Below are positions 8,313-15,318 of a DNA stretch of 15,432 bases, in pieces. The stretch comes from Thermoplasmata archaeon (lineage in GTDB: Archaea > Thermoplasmatota > Thermoplasmata > RBG-16-68-12 > JAGMCJ01): assembly GCA_023129265.1 (NCBI GenBank), contig JAGMCJ010000194.1, positions 1 through 15,432 on the forward strand. Reading direction: 5' to 3'. Numbering within the stretch: the first letter of the stretch is position 1; every line of letters begins with the position of its first letter. Under the pieces are notes generated by a model that was not told where the DNA came from, did not search any database, and saw only the letters and a program-made list of their open reading frames with translations. Position numbers and translations under genes: made by a program.

Positions 8313-9335
8313 ATGATACGTTTTGGTCCGGCGGGCATTCCCCTATCATGCAAAGGGAGAACCTTGCGAGATGGCATAGAGGATGTCCATAACCTGGGTT
8401 TGACGGCGATGGAGGTTCAGCTGGTCAGAGTAGGGCTCCTCGAACGACACCCCACTGAGGACGAGGTCGGTCTCGTGGCGAGGGACATACCGAACGCGCT
8501 GATAGTTGAGATCGTCAGAAGGCAGGGATCCAGGGAGCGGGTAATCGCCAATCTTGACGCCGAGATCAAGAAGGGGGACCTCCTCCGCATTCTGGCGTCA
8601 GGCATAGCGAAGGACTATCATGAGCTCGAGGAGCTCGGGAGGTTGTCTAGGGACCTGGACATTGAACTGAGCCTTCACACACCTTACTACATGGATCTCA
8701 TCGGCGTAGAGGAGATGCCAGAGAGGAGCGTGGACAGCGTCAAGTGGGGCGGCCTCCTTGCCAATGAGATGGGAGCAAAGGTCGTGGTGACCCATCTCGG
8801 TCTGTACGGTGACCTGACGAAGAGGCAAGCAAGCATAAGAGTCAGGAAGAACCTCGATTCGATTCTCAAATGGTTCAGGTCAAGGAAAATCAAGGCCAAA
8901 CTCGGACTGGAGTCCAGCGGAAGACAGGAGGTGTTCGGTAGCATGAAGGAGATCATCTCCCTCTGCGAGAAGTACAAAGGTGTCGTCCCTGTGCTCAACT
9001 TCTCACACGTACACTCACGGGAAGGGGGCACGCTGAGAGCCAATGAAGACTTCCAGAAGCTCTTCAACAAGTTCAAGAAGTACACGAAAGGACACTTCCA
9101 CACACATTTCTCCGGAGTGGAGCATGCGGGCGGGAATGAGCTACGATACACGCCGATCAAGAAGGGCGATCTCAGGTTCGAACCTCTCGCGGAGTGCATT
9201 CTGGACAACAACTACGACATCACACTGATCTCCGGTTCACCACTCCTGGAACATGACGCGATGTACATGAAGGTCATACTGGAGAGGGTCCTAGCCAGGA
9301 GAGTCGCGAAGTCCGCCAAAGGAGGAAAGAAATGA
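8313..9335 (+). CDS. Endonuclease IV-like / xylose isomerase-like TIM-barrel protein
   Basis: AP endonuclease family 2 pattern: MIRFGPAGIPLSCKG..., ELSLHTPYYMDL, VVTHLGLYG, LGLESSG, VLNFSHVHS, HFHTHFSGVEH, ISGSPLLEHDAMYMK. Confidence 0.85.
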   Translation: MIRFGPAGIPLSCKGRTLRDGIEDVHNLGLTAMEVQLVRVGLLERHPTEDEVGLVARDIPNALIVEIVRRQGSRERVIANLDAEIKKGDLLRILASGIAKDYHELEELGRLSRDLDIELSLHTPYYMDLIGVEEMPERSVDSVKWGGLLANEMGAKVVVTHLGLYGDLTKRQASIRVRKNLDSILKWFRSRKIKAKLGLESSGRQEVFGSMKEIISLCEKYKGVVPVLNFSHVHSREGGTLRANEDFQKLFNKFKKYTKGHFHTHFSGVEHAGGNELRYTPIKKGDLRFEPLAECILDNNYDITLISGSPLLEHDAMYMKVILERVLARRVAKSAKGGKK

Positions 9336-9883
9336 CCAGTAGGGCAACGGTGTCATCGCAATTTGTGGCAAAGAAGATAACCGAGATCCTCGCGAACGGG
9401 GATGAAAAGACAATCGAGGAGATCATCAAACTCCTGCTGAACTCCGACAAGGTGTTCATCTATGGTGCCGGCAGGTCCGGCCTGATAGGAAAGGCCTTCG
9501 CCATACGCCTGGTTCAGTTGGGCCTCAAGGTCTTCTTCATCGGTGAGACAACGACCCCAATCGTTGAAGACACTGATGTTGCGCTAATCATCTCGAACAC
9601 GGGCGAGACAATGTCTGCGATCCAGACGGCGAACATCATCAGGCGCGTGGGGGCAAAGGTGATAGTGATGACGAGCAGGAAGACTTCCAAGCTCGCACAC
9701 GCCGGTAACATAGTTGTCACTCTGAATCCGGAGCTAGATGATGAGGCCGTGGCTCTCGCCCCGCTTGGCACGCTTTTCGAGGATTCCACGCTCGTATACT
9801 TGGATGGAATCGTCGCGTATATCATGGAGAAGAGGAACGAGACGGAGTCCAAGATGAGAGGAAGGCACGCTATTTGGGTTTGA
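9332..9883 (+). CDS. hxlB: 6-phospho-3-hexuloisomerase (SIS domain)
   Basis: ITEILANGDEKTIEEIIKLLLNSDKVFIYGAGRSGLIGKAFAIRLVQLGLKVFFIGETTTPIVEDTDVALIISNTGET is a classic PHI/SIS pattern. It overlaps the upstream gene by 4 nt (ATGA). Confidence 0.9.
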   Translation: MTSRATVSSQFVAKKITEILANGDEKTIEEIIKLLLNSDKVFIYGAGRSGLIGKAFAIRLVQLGLKVFFIGETTTPIVEDTDVALIISNTGETMSAIQTANIIRRVGAKVIVMTSRKTSKLAHAGNIVVTLNPELDDEAVALAPLGTLFEDSTLVYLDGIVAYIMEKRNETESKMRGRHAIWV

Positions 9884-10508
9884 GCGGGAGCTTCTTCATC
9901 GGTCCGTATGGATTTTCGTACTCCTCCCAGTAGACCGCGAAAGGTGCGGGGACACATTTCTCCCCAGAGAGCGTAAAGGCCTCAATCTGCAGCTCCATTG
10001 GGTCCAGGACGATTGCGAAGTGGAACTCCTCCCGAAACATGCGCCGCTGCGTTCCGACGTCCTTGGGTGACATGAAGCAGGTGTAACCAGGGTGGGAGTG
10101 GTACCAACCGACAATAATGTAATCGAAATCCGCCTCGTCGAGGCGATCAAAGAGCGTTTCGAACCCGTTCCTGTCGAAACTCACGGAAACGCCTGATGCC
10201 TGGAGGTCCGTTGTAGCGACGTCCTTGACCACGGTGTAGGGTTTTGCTGAGTGAGCGAAGACATCACCGAGTAGCAGACCCAGGGCTTCCAGATTTTGCT
10301 TCCCGGAAGAGATGCTGTGATCCCTCATCTTTGCCTCGGCGGTCTTCGAAACGTACAAGGGAAGCGGCCCTGTTCCCGCGAACGCTTCCTCGACCTCTCT
10401 CCTCCTCTCCTCCTTGAGCCAGTAATGGGACCTGGAGCGCTCTTTCGGCGGTGGCGCCCTTTCCAAGATAGCTCTCTTCCTTTCACTCACAACGCGTGGG
10501 CGCTTCAT
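9870..10508 (-). CDS. Rpn11/CSN5-like JAMM/MPN+ metalloprotease, predicted deubiquitinase of the Ub-like cluster
   Basis: 212 aa. The JAMM motif is complete: catalytic Glu in NLEALGLLLGDV and HxHx7SxxD in IIVGWYHSHPGYTCFMSPKDVGTQRR. The FAIVLDPMELQIEAF segment resembles Rpn11 VVVDP. The first ~45 residues are a basic extension. Confidence 0.95.
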   Translation of the reverse strand: MKRPRVVSERKRAILERAPPPKERSRSHYWLKEERRREVEEAFAGTGPLPLYVSKTAEAKMRDHSISSGKQNLEALGLLLGDVFAHSAKPYTVVKDVATTDLQASGVSVSFDRNGFETLFDRLDEADFDYIIVGWYHSHPGYTCFMSPKDVGTQRRMFREEFHFAIVLDPMELQIEAFTLSGEKCVPAPFAVYWEEYENPYGPMKKLPLKPK

Positions 10509-10511
10509 GGA

Positions 10512-11030
10512 TCATCCCAAAACCCTTGGCTTCTTCCCTGAACCCTCCATCACATTCGGCGGGCTGTAGCCGTGAGTGTTGAAGTACTGTGCGGCACGCG
10601 TACACGAATCACTGCCGAAGGGGTTCGCAGGGTTAGGACTGGTAAGCAGCGTTTCGATTCCTTTGACGAACGTGAGCAGGGTCGAGCTGAAACTCCAGTC
10701 ATCCAAGAGCTTCGTGCAGACGTATCCGCCATCATCAGGAAGCATGATGTTGGGATGGAATATGTCCGACCTCCATTTGACGATGGGTTTCTCGTACGGA
10801 TACTCTTCAGTTATCAGAATCGACAGCTTGTGCGTATATCGATGCCTTATCGTGTCATCCTTCCAGATGGGTCCAGGGGTCTTCACGAGAGTGACGTTGA
10901 CTTCCATGGGAAAGGACTGAAGCGTCGGATCAGAGACCGAAACGGCGTGCCTGAGATTCCTTTGACACAGCAGAACTTCGTTCCTCACGCGGAACCTCAA
11001 GATGTCCTTCGGCAGCCCCATGAGCCGCAC
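10512..11030 (-). CDS. Ubiquitin-conjugating enzyme E2 (UBC fold, catalytically complete)
   Basis: YPYEKPIVKWRSDIFHPNIMLPDDGGYVCTKLLDDWSFSSTLLTFVKGIETLLTSPNPANPFGSDSCTRAAQYF. It has the YPxxxP and HPN motifs, a catalytic Cys (Cys105 from GTG at 11030), a DW after the Cys, and the LLTxPNPxxP signature. An alternative start is ATG at 11021. Confidence 0.96.
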   Translation of the reverse strand: MRLMGLPKDILRFRVRNEVLLCQRNLRHAVSVSDPTLQSFPMEVNVTLVKTPGPIWKDDTIRHRYTHKLSILITEEYPYEKPIVKWRSDIFHPNIMLPDDGGYVCTKLLDDWSFSSTLLTFVKGIETLLTSPNPANPFGSDSCTRAAQYFNTHGYSPPNVMEGSGKKPRVLG

Positions 11031-11276
11031 CTAGCCGCCCTCGGGGTCAGGTATCAGCTCGACCACGTCTCCCTCGCGGACCTCCGCTTCCACGATTGTA
11101 GACTGCCCGCGCAGAACTGCCTTGCCGCGACGGAGGACATAGGCACCTGGAGAGACCTCCCAGTAGCTGGCCGCGCTCTCGATTATCTCTTCCACAGTAT
11201 TCTCGGCCTCCAACTCCATCTCGACCGAGGACCCTGTTTCCGCGTTCTTCACTGTGATTCTCGTTGTCACAATCAC
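11031..11276 (-). CDS. Ubiquitin-like modifier (beta-grasp, 81 aa, ends in Gly-Gly)
   Basis: MIVTTRITVKNAETGSSVEMELEAENTVEEIIESAASYWEVSPGAYVLRRGKAVLRGQSTIVEAEVREGDVVELIPDPEGG followed by TAG (GAC CCC GAG GGC GGC TAG). The spacing resembles ubiquitin, and it sits between the E1 and E2 genes. The start may be GTG 11276 or GTG 11270. Confidence 0.93.
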   Translation of the reverse strand: MIVTTRITVKNAETGSSVEMELEAENTVEEIIESAASYWEVSPGAYVLRRGKAVLRGQSTIVEAEVREGDVVELIPDPEGG

Positions 11277-11304
11277 TCCCCCGTACTGTTATTGACAGAG
11301 GCGT

Positions 11305-11312
11305 TCTTAAAG
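11305..11312 (-). promoter_or_regulatory. Candidate internal TATA box driving Ubl-E2-JAMM separately from E1
   Basis: Minus strand reads GAAAACCTTTAAGAACG in the 55-nt E1-Ubl gap, about 33 nt upstream of the Ubl start. Confidence 0.4.
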
Positions 11313-11331
11313 GTTTTCGGAACTGACACAT

Positions 11332-12123
11332 CTAGCGTTCGACGTGATGAGGGCAATCCGGGTTCTTTGAGATCTCGAGGGTCTCTGAGACGTTTCTTAG
11401 GCCGTCGTAATAGAAGACATTGGACAAGACAGTCTCCGCTCTCCCAGACGCGATCTTGAGGGCCTCTCTCACCTGGACCGCCGAGACTATGCTCGTTGTC
11501 GTAATCTCTGCGGCGACCTTGGGCTCGTAGAACGTCACATCTTCGCCGGTGCAGCTGAACCTGAGTTCCATGATTTTCGAGTGTGTCTTGTTCATTCCGC
11601 ACTGAAGACAGGCCGTTTCCGGTGGAAGGACGACTTGCACCTTTCCAATCAGCCCGTCCATCGCTCCATCGATGTAGGGGATGCCTTCGTTGTAGCAGTG
11701 AGCGTTCAGGTGGAGTCTTGTGGCCACGTTGTCCAGGCAGCCAAGGACCATCGAATGGGAGGGGATGAAATCCTCAGGCAAATCCTGGATTCTGTCCGTG
11801 TAAGATGTGATCTTGACCGCAGGGTCGAGTTCCATCGCTCTTCCTGCAACGACTTCGGCCTTGAGCCGCCTCGCTTCGGAATCCTCCTCCCGGAAGAATA
11901 CGCACCGGGTCAGATTGGACTTGGCAACATGGTCCATATCGACAAGACTAATCTCCGCGAAGCCCGCCAGAACCATGTCCTTGACGACTTCGTTGCCAAG
12001 AGCGCCTGCTCCGACGACGAGAACTCGAGCCGTTCTGACCGCGTCCATGTCTATCCATGGGATTCTTCTCATTCTCTCGTGTCTGTCCCGCTCGACAAAA
12101 TCAGCATCGATGGACTCCCCCAT
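11332..12123 (-). CDS. E1-like ubiquitin-activating enzyme (ThiF/UBA family adenylation domain)
   Basis: VLVVGAGALGNEVVKDMVLAGFAEISLVDMDHVAKSNLTRCVFF; RRLKAEVVAGRAMELDP; LGCLDNVATRLHLNAHC; PPETACLQC...CPHH (zinc ligand-like). The candidate catalytic Cys191 is in ELRFSCTGEDV. Confidence 0.95.
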   Translation of the reverse strand: MGESIDADFVERDRHERMRRIPWIDMDAVRTARVLVVGAGALGNEVVKDMVLAGFAEISLVDMDHVAKSNLTRCVFFREEDSEARRLKAEVVAGRAMELDPAVKITSYTDRIQDLPEDFIPSHSMVLGCLDNVATRLHLNAHCYNEGIPYIDGAMDGLIGKVQVVLPPETACLQCGMNKTHSKIMELRFSCTGEDVTFYEPKVAAEITTTSIVSAVQVREALKIASGRAETVLSNVFYYDGLRNVSETLEISKNPDCPHHVER

Positions 12124-12140
12124 ACTGCCAGGAAGGATTC

Positions 12141-12154
12141 GGAGATATTAATCC
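12141..12154 (-). promoter_or_regulatory. TATA box for the E1 gene, with a predicted leaderless or near-leaderless transcript
   Basis: Minus strand reads GGATTAATATCTCC, centred about 26 nt upstream of the E1 ATG at 12123. No clear SD is seen next to the ATG. Confidence 0.5.
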
Positions 12155-12203
12155 TTTTCACACCTGGAAGAACCGTGGGAGAAAGTGAGAGAGAAACGTT
12201 ATT

Positions 12204-13352
12204 ATGATATTGCCTCATTCAGAGACGACTCGTATGCCAGAGGATTTCATTGTCACGCCATGGGAGGTCAAAGGCGAGATCGACTACGACAAGCTAGTGG
12301 AAAGGTTCGGGACCCAATTGGTCTCCCAGGAGATTCTGGACAGATTGGAGAAGCATGCCTCCCCCCTGCACCACCTCTTGAGGAGGGGGATTTTCTATTC
12401 GCATCGCGACTTCAATCGAGTCTTGGATGACTACGAGAAGGGCAACGGTTTCTTCCTGTACACGGGTCGCGGTCCCTCGGGCCACAACCATCTGGGCCAT
12501 ATGCTGCCGTGGATTCTCACGAAATGGCTTCAGGACCACTTCAAGGTCAAGTTCTACTTCCAGCTGACGGACGATGAGAAGTTCATGTTCAACGATGGCC
12601 TCACGAAGGAGGATACTAAGAAGTATGCTTACGAGAATATGCTGGATGTCATTGCTTTGGGATTCGACCCCAAGCTGACGAGGATATTCCTGGATACGGA
12701 GCTGATTCACACGCTCTATCCGATTGCCATTGACATTGCCAGGAAAATCAACTTCTCGAAGGTCCGCGCGGTCTTCGGCTTCAACAGCAGCCACAACATC
12801 GGAAGCATCTTCTACACGAGCATGCAGGCGGTTCCCTGTTTTCTCGAATCGGTGCTCGAGGGCAGGAACATCGCTTGTCTGATTCCCTGCGGAATAGACC
12901 AGGACCCTCATTTCAGGATTGCCCGAGATGTCGCTCCCTTGCTCGGGTACTACAAGCCAGCACTCCTGCACAACAAGCTGCTCCCGAGCCTGGCGGGGGG
13001 AGACAAGATGTCCGCCTCGCTTCCCCACACGAGCGTGTTCACAACGGACAAGCCTGATGACGTGAGGAAGAAGATAGTCAACGCCTTCACGGGCGGGCGG
13101 GTCTCCGTTGATGAGCAGAGGAAACTGGGAGCCAATCCAGACATCTGCACGGTCTATCACTACTACATGTACTTCTTCATGCCGGAGGATGATGAGCTGA
13201 GAGACATCTATCTCAAATGCAAGGGCGGTGAGATCCTCTGCGGGGAATGCAAACAGATACTCATCGAAAAGATCAACGAGTTCTTGAGGGAACACCAGGA
13301 AAAGCGTGAAGAAGCCAAGGACAGGATCGAGGAATTCATATTCCGGGACTGA
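12204..13352 (+). CDS. trpS: Tryptophanyl-tRNA synthetase (archaeal/eukaryotic type)
   Basis: GRGPSGHNHLGHMLPW (HIGH-type motif), GGDKMSASLPHTSVFTTD (KMSAS), IPCGIDQDPHFRIARDVA. The real start may be ATG at 12234 (MPEDFIVTPWEVKG). Confidence 0.95.
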   Translation: MILPHSETTRMPEDFIVTPWEVKGEIDYDKLVERFGTQLVSQEILDRLEKHASPLHHLLRRGIFYSHRDFNRVLDDYEKGNGFFLYTGRGPSGHNHLGHMLPWILTKWLQDHFKVKFYFQLTDDEKFMFNDGLTKEDTKKYAYENMLDVIALGFDPKLTRIFLDTELIHTLYPIAIDIARKINFSKVRAVFGFNSSHNIGSIFYTSMQAVPCFLESVLEGRNIACLIPCGIDQDPHFRIARDVAPLLGYYKPALLHNKLLPSLAGGDKMSASLPHTSVFTTDKPDDVRKKIVNAFTGGRVSVDEQRKLGANPDICTVYHYYMYFFMPEDDELRDIYLKCKGGEILCGECKQILIEKINEFLREHQEKREEAKDRIEEFIFRD

Positions 13353-13378
13353 AAAGAATAAATCGCAAGTGACCTTTC

Positions 13379-14914
13379 GTGATTGTGATGGATGTCGACG
13401 ACCTGATGGACGAGCTGAGCCTCCTCGAGAAGAGAGTCCTCCTCGCGTTCGGAGATGCCAGCTCGGCTGCTCCGGAGGAGCTTCTGAAGCGCGGAGGGTT
13501 CGCGGAGCTCGTCGAGGTCATGAACGCCTCCTCCTGGCTCCAATCCAAGGGACTCGTCACGATGAAGGAGAAGGTCGTCAGCTACTACTCTCTGGCCAAG
13601 AAGCAGTGGGCGACGAAGAACCTTCCCGAGAGAAGAGCGCTGAAGGCTCTGAGAAAAGCCAGGGGAAGGGTAGACCTCGGAACACTTCAGAAGATGGCAC
13701 GGCTCTCGCCGAAGGAGGTCAAGATCGCCATCGGATGGATGAAGAGAAAGGTATGGGCGACGATAGAGAAGGAAGACGGTGGCACCGTTCTGGTCATCAC
13801 CGAACAAGGAAAGAAGGCGGTCACCGAGAAGGGCAAGGACGAGGAACTCATTCGACGCCTCTCAGAGGGAGAGCTGTCCGAGAGCGACGTGGACCCCGCA
13901 ACAATCGGAATGCTGCTGAGAAGGCAGGATGTGGTCAGGGAAAGGGAAAGGGTCCTCCGCGAGGTCTCGCTCACGAACCTGGGAAAGGAGTGCATTCGAA
14001 AGGGTGTCAAAATAGGCGAGGAGGTCGCACAGCTGACCCCAGAGCTGTTGCAGACAGGGAAGTGGAAGGAGGTCAGCTTCAGGAAGTACGACATAGATGC
14101 CTTTGCCCCACCTGTCTTTGGCGGGAAGAAGCATCCCCTCGTTGAGTACATCAGAAAGGTCAAGCGAATCTTTGCGGAGATGGGCTTCGAGGAGATCGAG
14201 GGCGACTTCGTCGAGCTCTCTTTTTGGGACTTCGATGCGCTCTTCCAGCCTCAGGACCATCCCGCACGGGACATGCAGGACACGTTCTACCTGTCAGACC
14301 CAAAGACGCTGCCCCTTCCTCCGGAGGAGCTGGTCCAGAGAATCAAGGAGATGCACGAATCTGGCGGGGATACTGCCTCCGACGGCTGGAAGTACGACTG
14401 GGATGTCGACGAGGCGAAGAAGGCGATATTGAGGACTCACACAACGGTGAACACGCTCAGATATCTGTCGGAACACCCCGACCCGCCCGTCAAGGTCTTC
14501 TCTGTCGGCAGGGTTTTCAGGCGGGAGGCGATGGATCCGAAGCATCTTCCCGAGTTCATTCAGGTCGAAGGAATCGTGATGGAGGAGGGGGCCAATCTCG
14601 CCATGCTCATCGGTGTGTTGAAGGAGTTCTACAGGAGAATCGGATACGACAAAATCAACATCAGACCCGGCTATTTCCCATACACAGAGCCTAGCCTTGA
14701 GGTGGAGATGTACTTGGACGGAAAGTGGGTCGAGCTCGGCGGTGCCGGGATATTCAGGCCAGAAGTCACCAATCCGTTCGGCGTGAAACATCCTGTCCTT
14801 GCCTGGGGACTCGGCCTCGAGAGGCTGGTCATGGCCCTCACGAACACGACAGACATGCGAACTATATACGTGAGTGACATAGAATGGCTGAAGAAAGCCA
14901 AACCCATATTCTGA
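13379..14914 (+). CDS. pheS: Phenylalanyl-tRNA synthetase alpha subunit
   Basis: GFEEIEGDFVELSFWDFDALFQPQDHPARDMQDTFYL; HTTVNTLRYL; RVFRREAMDPKHLPEFIQVEG; NPFGVKHPVLAWGLGLERLVMA. The start could be ATG at 13388 (MDVDDLMDELSLLEKRVL). Confidence 0.95.
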   Translation: MIVMDVDDLMDELSLLEKRVLLAFGDASSAAPEELLKRGGFAELVEVMNASSWLQSKGLVTMKEKVVSYYSLAKKQWATKNLPERRALKALRKARGRVDLGTLQKMARLSPKEVKIAIGWMKRKVWATIEKEDGGTVLVITEQGKKAVTEKGKDEELIRRLSEGELSESDVDPATIGMLLRRQDVVRERERVLREVSLTNLGKECIRKGVKIGEEVAQLTPELLQTGKWKEVSFRKYDIDAFAPPVFGGKKHPLVEYIRKVKRIFAEMGFEEIEGDFVELSFWDFDALFQPQDHPARDMQDTFYLSDPKTLPLPPEELVQRIKEMHESGGDTASDGWKYDWDVDEAKKAILRTHTTVNTLRYLSEHPDPPVKVFSVGRVFRREAMDPKHLPEFIQVEGIVMEEGANLAMLIGVLKEFYRRIGYDKINIRPGYFPYTEPSLEVEMYLDGKWVELGGAGIFRPEVTNPFGVKHPVLAWGLGLERLVMALTNTTDMRTIYVSDIEWLKKAKPIF

Positions 14915-15205
14915 CTACACTTGGGAAATCTTGGATCTCCCCTGAAGACTGATCTTGTAGGGCATCCTTAGGATCTTCAAAACGTAGCTGGCTCGGTTCA
15001 AGGCTTCGAGCATCTTCATGACCCGGCTCAAGTCACCGATATCGAACTCCTTCTCTGATAGCGGATAGACGAGCCTGTCCCCCCGAACCCTCCAACCGTA
15101 GGGACGTGTTGCGGAAACGACAGACCGCGGTGGATTCTTCGCTCCCTCAACCCTCAACTCTAGATAGGCGCCAGATATCATGATTTCAGCCATTATGTAG
15201 AGCAT
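14915..15205 (-). CDS. Hypothetical small protein (about 88-96 aa)
   Basis: MLYIMAEIMISGAYLELRVEGAKNPPRSVVSATRPYGWRVRGDRLVYPLSEKEFDIGDLSRVMKMLEALNRASYVLKILRMPYKISLQGRSKISQV. It has protein-like composition, ends directly against pheS (convergent, 0-nt gap), and fits the otherwise empty interval. Starts at 15205, 15193 or 15181 are possible. Confidence 0.65.
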   Translation of the reverse strand: MLYIMAEIMISGAYLELRVEGAKNPPRSVVSATRPYGWRVRGDRLVYPLSEKEFDIGDLSRVMKMLEALNRASYVLKILRMPYKISLQGRSKISQV

Positions 15206-15233
15206 TCTGAGTTGTTAAGCCACTTTCGTCAAA

Positions 15234-15251
15234 ATTATCATCCATGATAAT
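15234..15251. repeat. Perfect palindrome ATTATCA-TCCA-TGATAAT in a divergent promoter region
   Basis: 7-bp arms with a 4-nt spacer between the start regions of the two divergent genes. Confidence 0.8.
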
Positions 15252-15275
15252 CTCGTTTCCGACTCCTGACCAAAC

Positions 15276-15283
15276 TTTTATCT
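15276..15283 (+). promoter_or_regulatory. Candidate TATA box upstream of the TPR protein gene
   Basis: CCAAACTTTTATCTCGG, about 40 nt upstream of the ATG at 15319. Confidence 0.4.
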
Positions 15284-15318
15284 CGGTGTTGTCAATACGA
15301 CATTCGAGAGGACTGCTC

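Noticed and set aside
10572-11459. 295-aa plus-strand ORF spanning the E2/Ubl/E1 region
   Set aside because: It runs antisense across three genes with clear catalytic motifs. Its own translation (arginine/histidine-rich) matches nothing recognisable.
11031-12123. Interpretation as MoaD/MoeB or ThiS/ThiF sulfur-carrier biosynthesis
   Set aside because: Adjacent E2 with HPN/catalytic Cys and an Rpn11-like JAMM are not part of molybdopterin or thiamine pathways, and no cofactor-biosynthesis genes are present. A dual role cannot be excluded from sequence alone.
12294-13295. 333-aa minus-strand ORF
   Set aside because: Antisense to trpS, which has HIGH-type and KMSAS motifs. High-GC shadow ORF.
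13306-14145. 279-aa plus-strand ORF
   Set aside because: Out-of-frame overlap with pheS, with a repetitive Arg/Gly/Glu composition typical of shadow frames.
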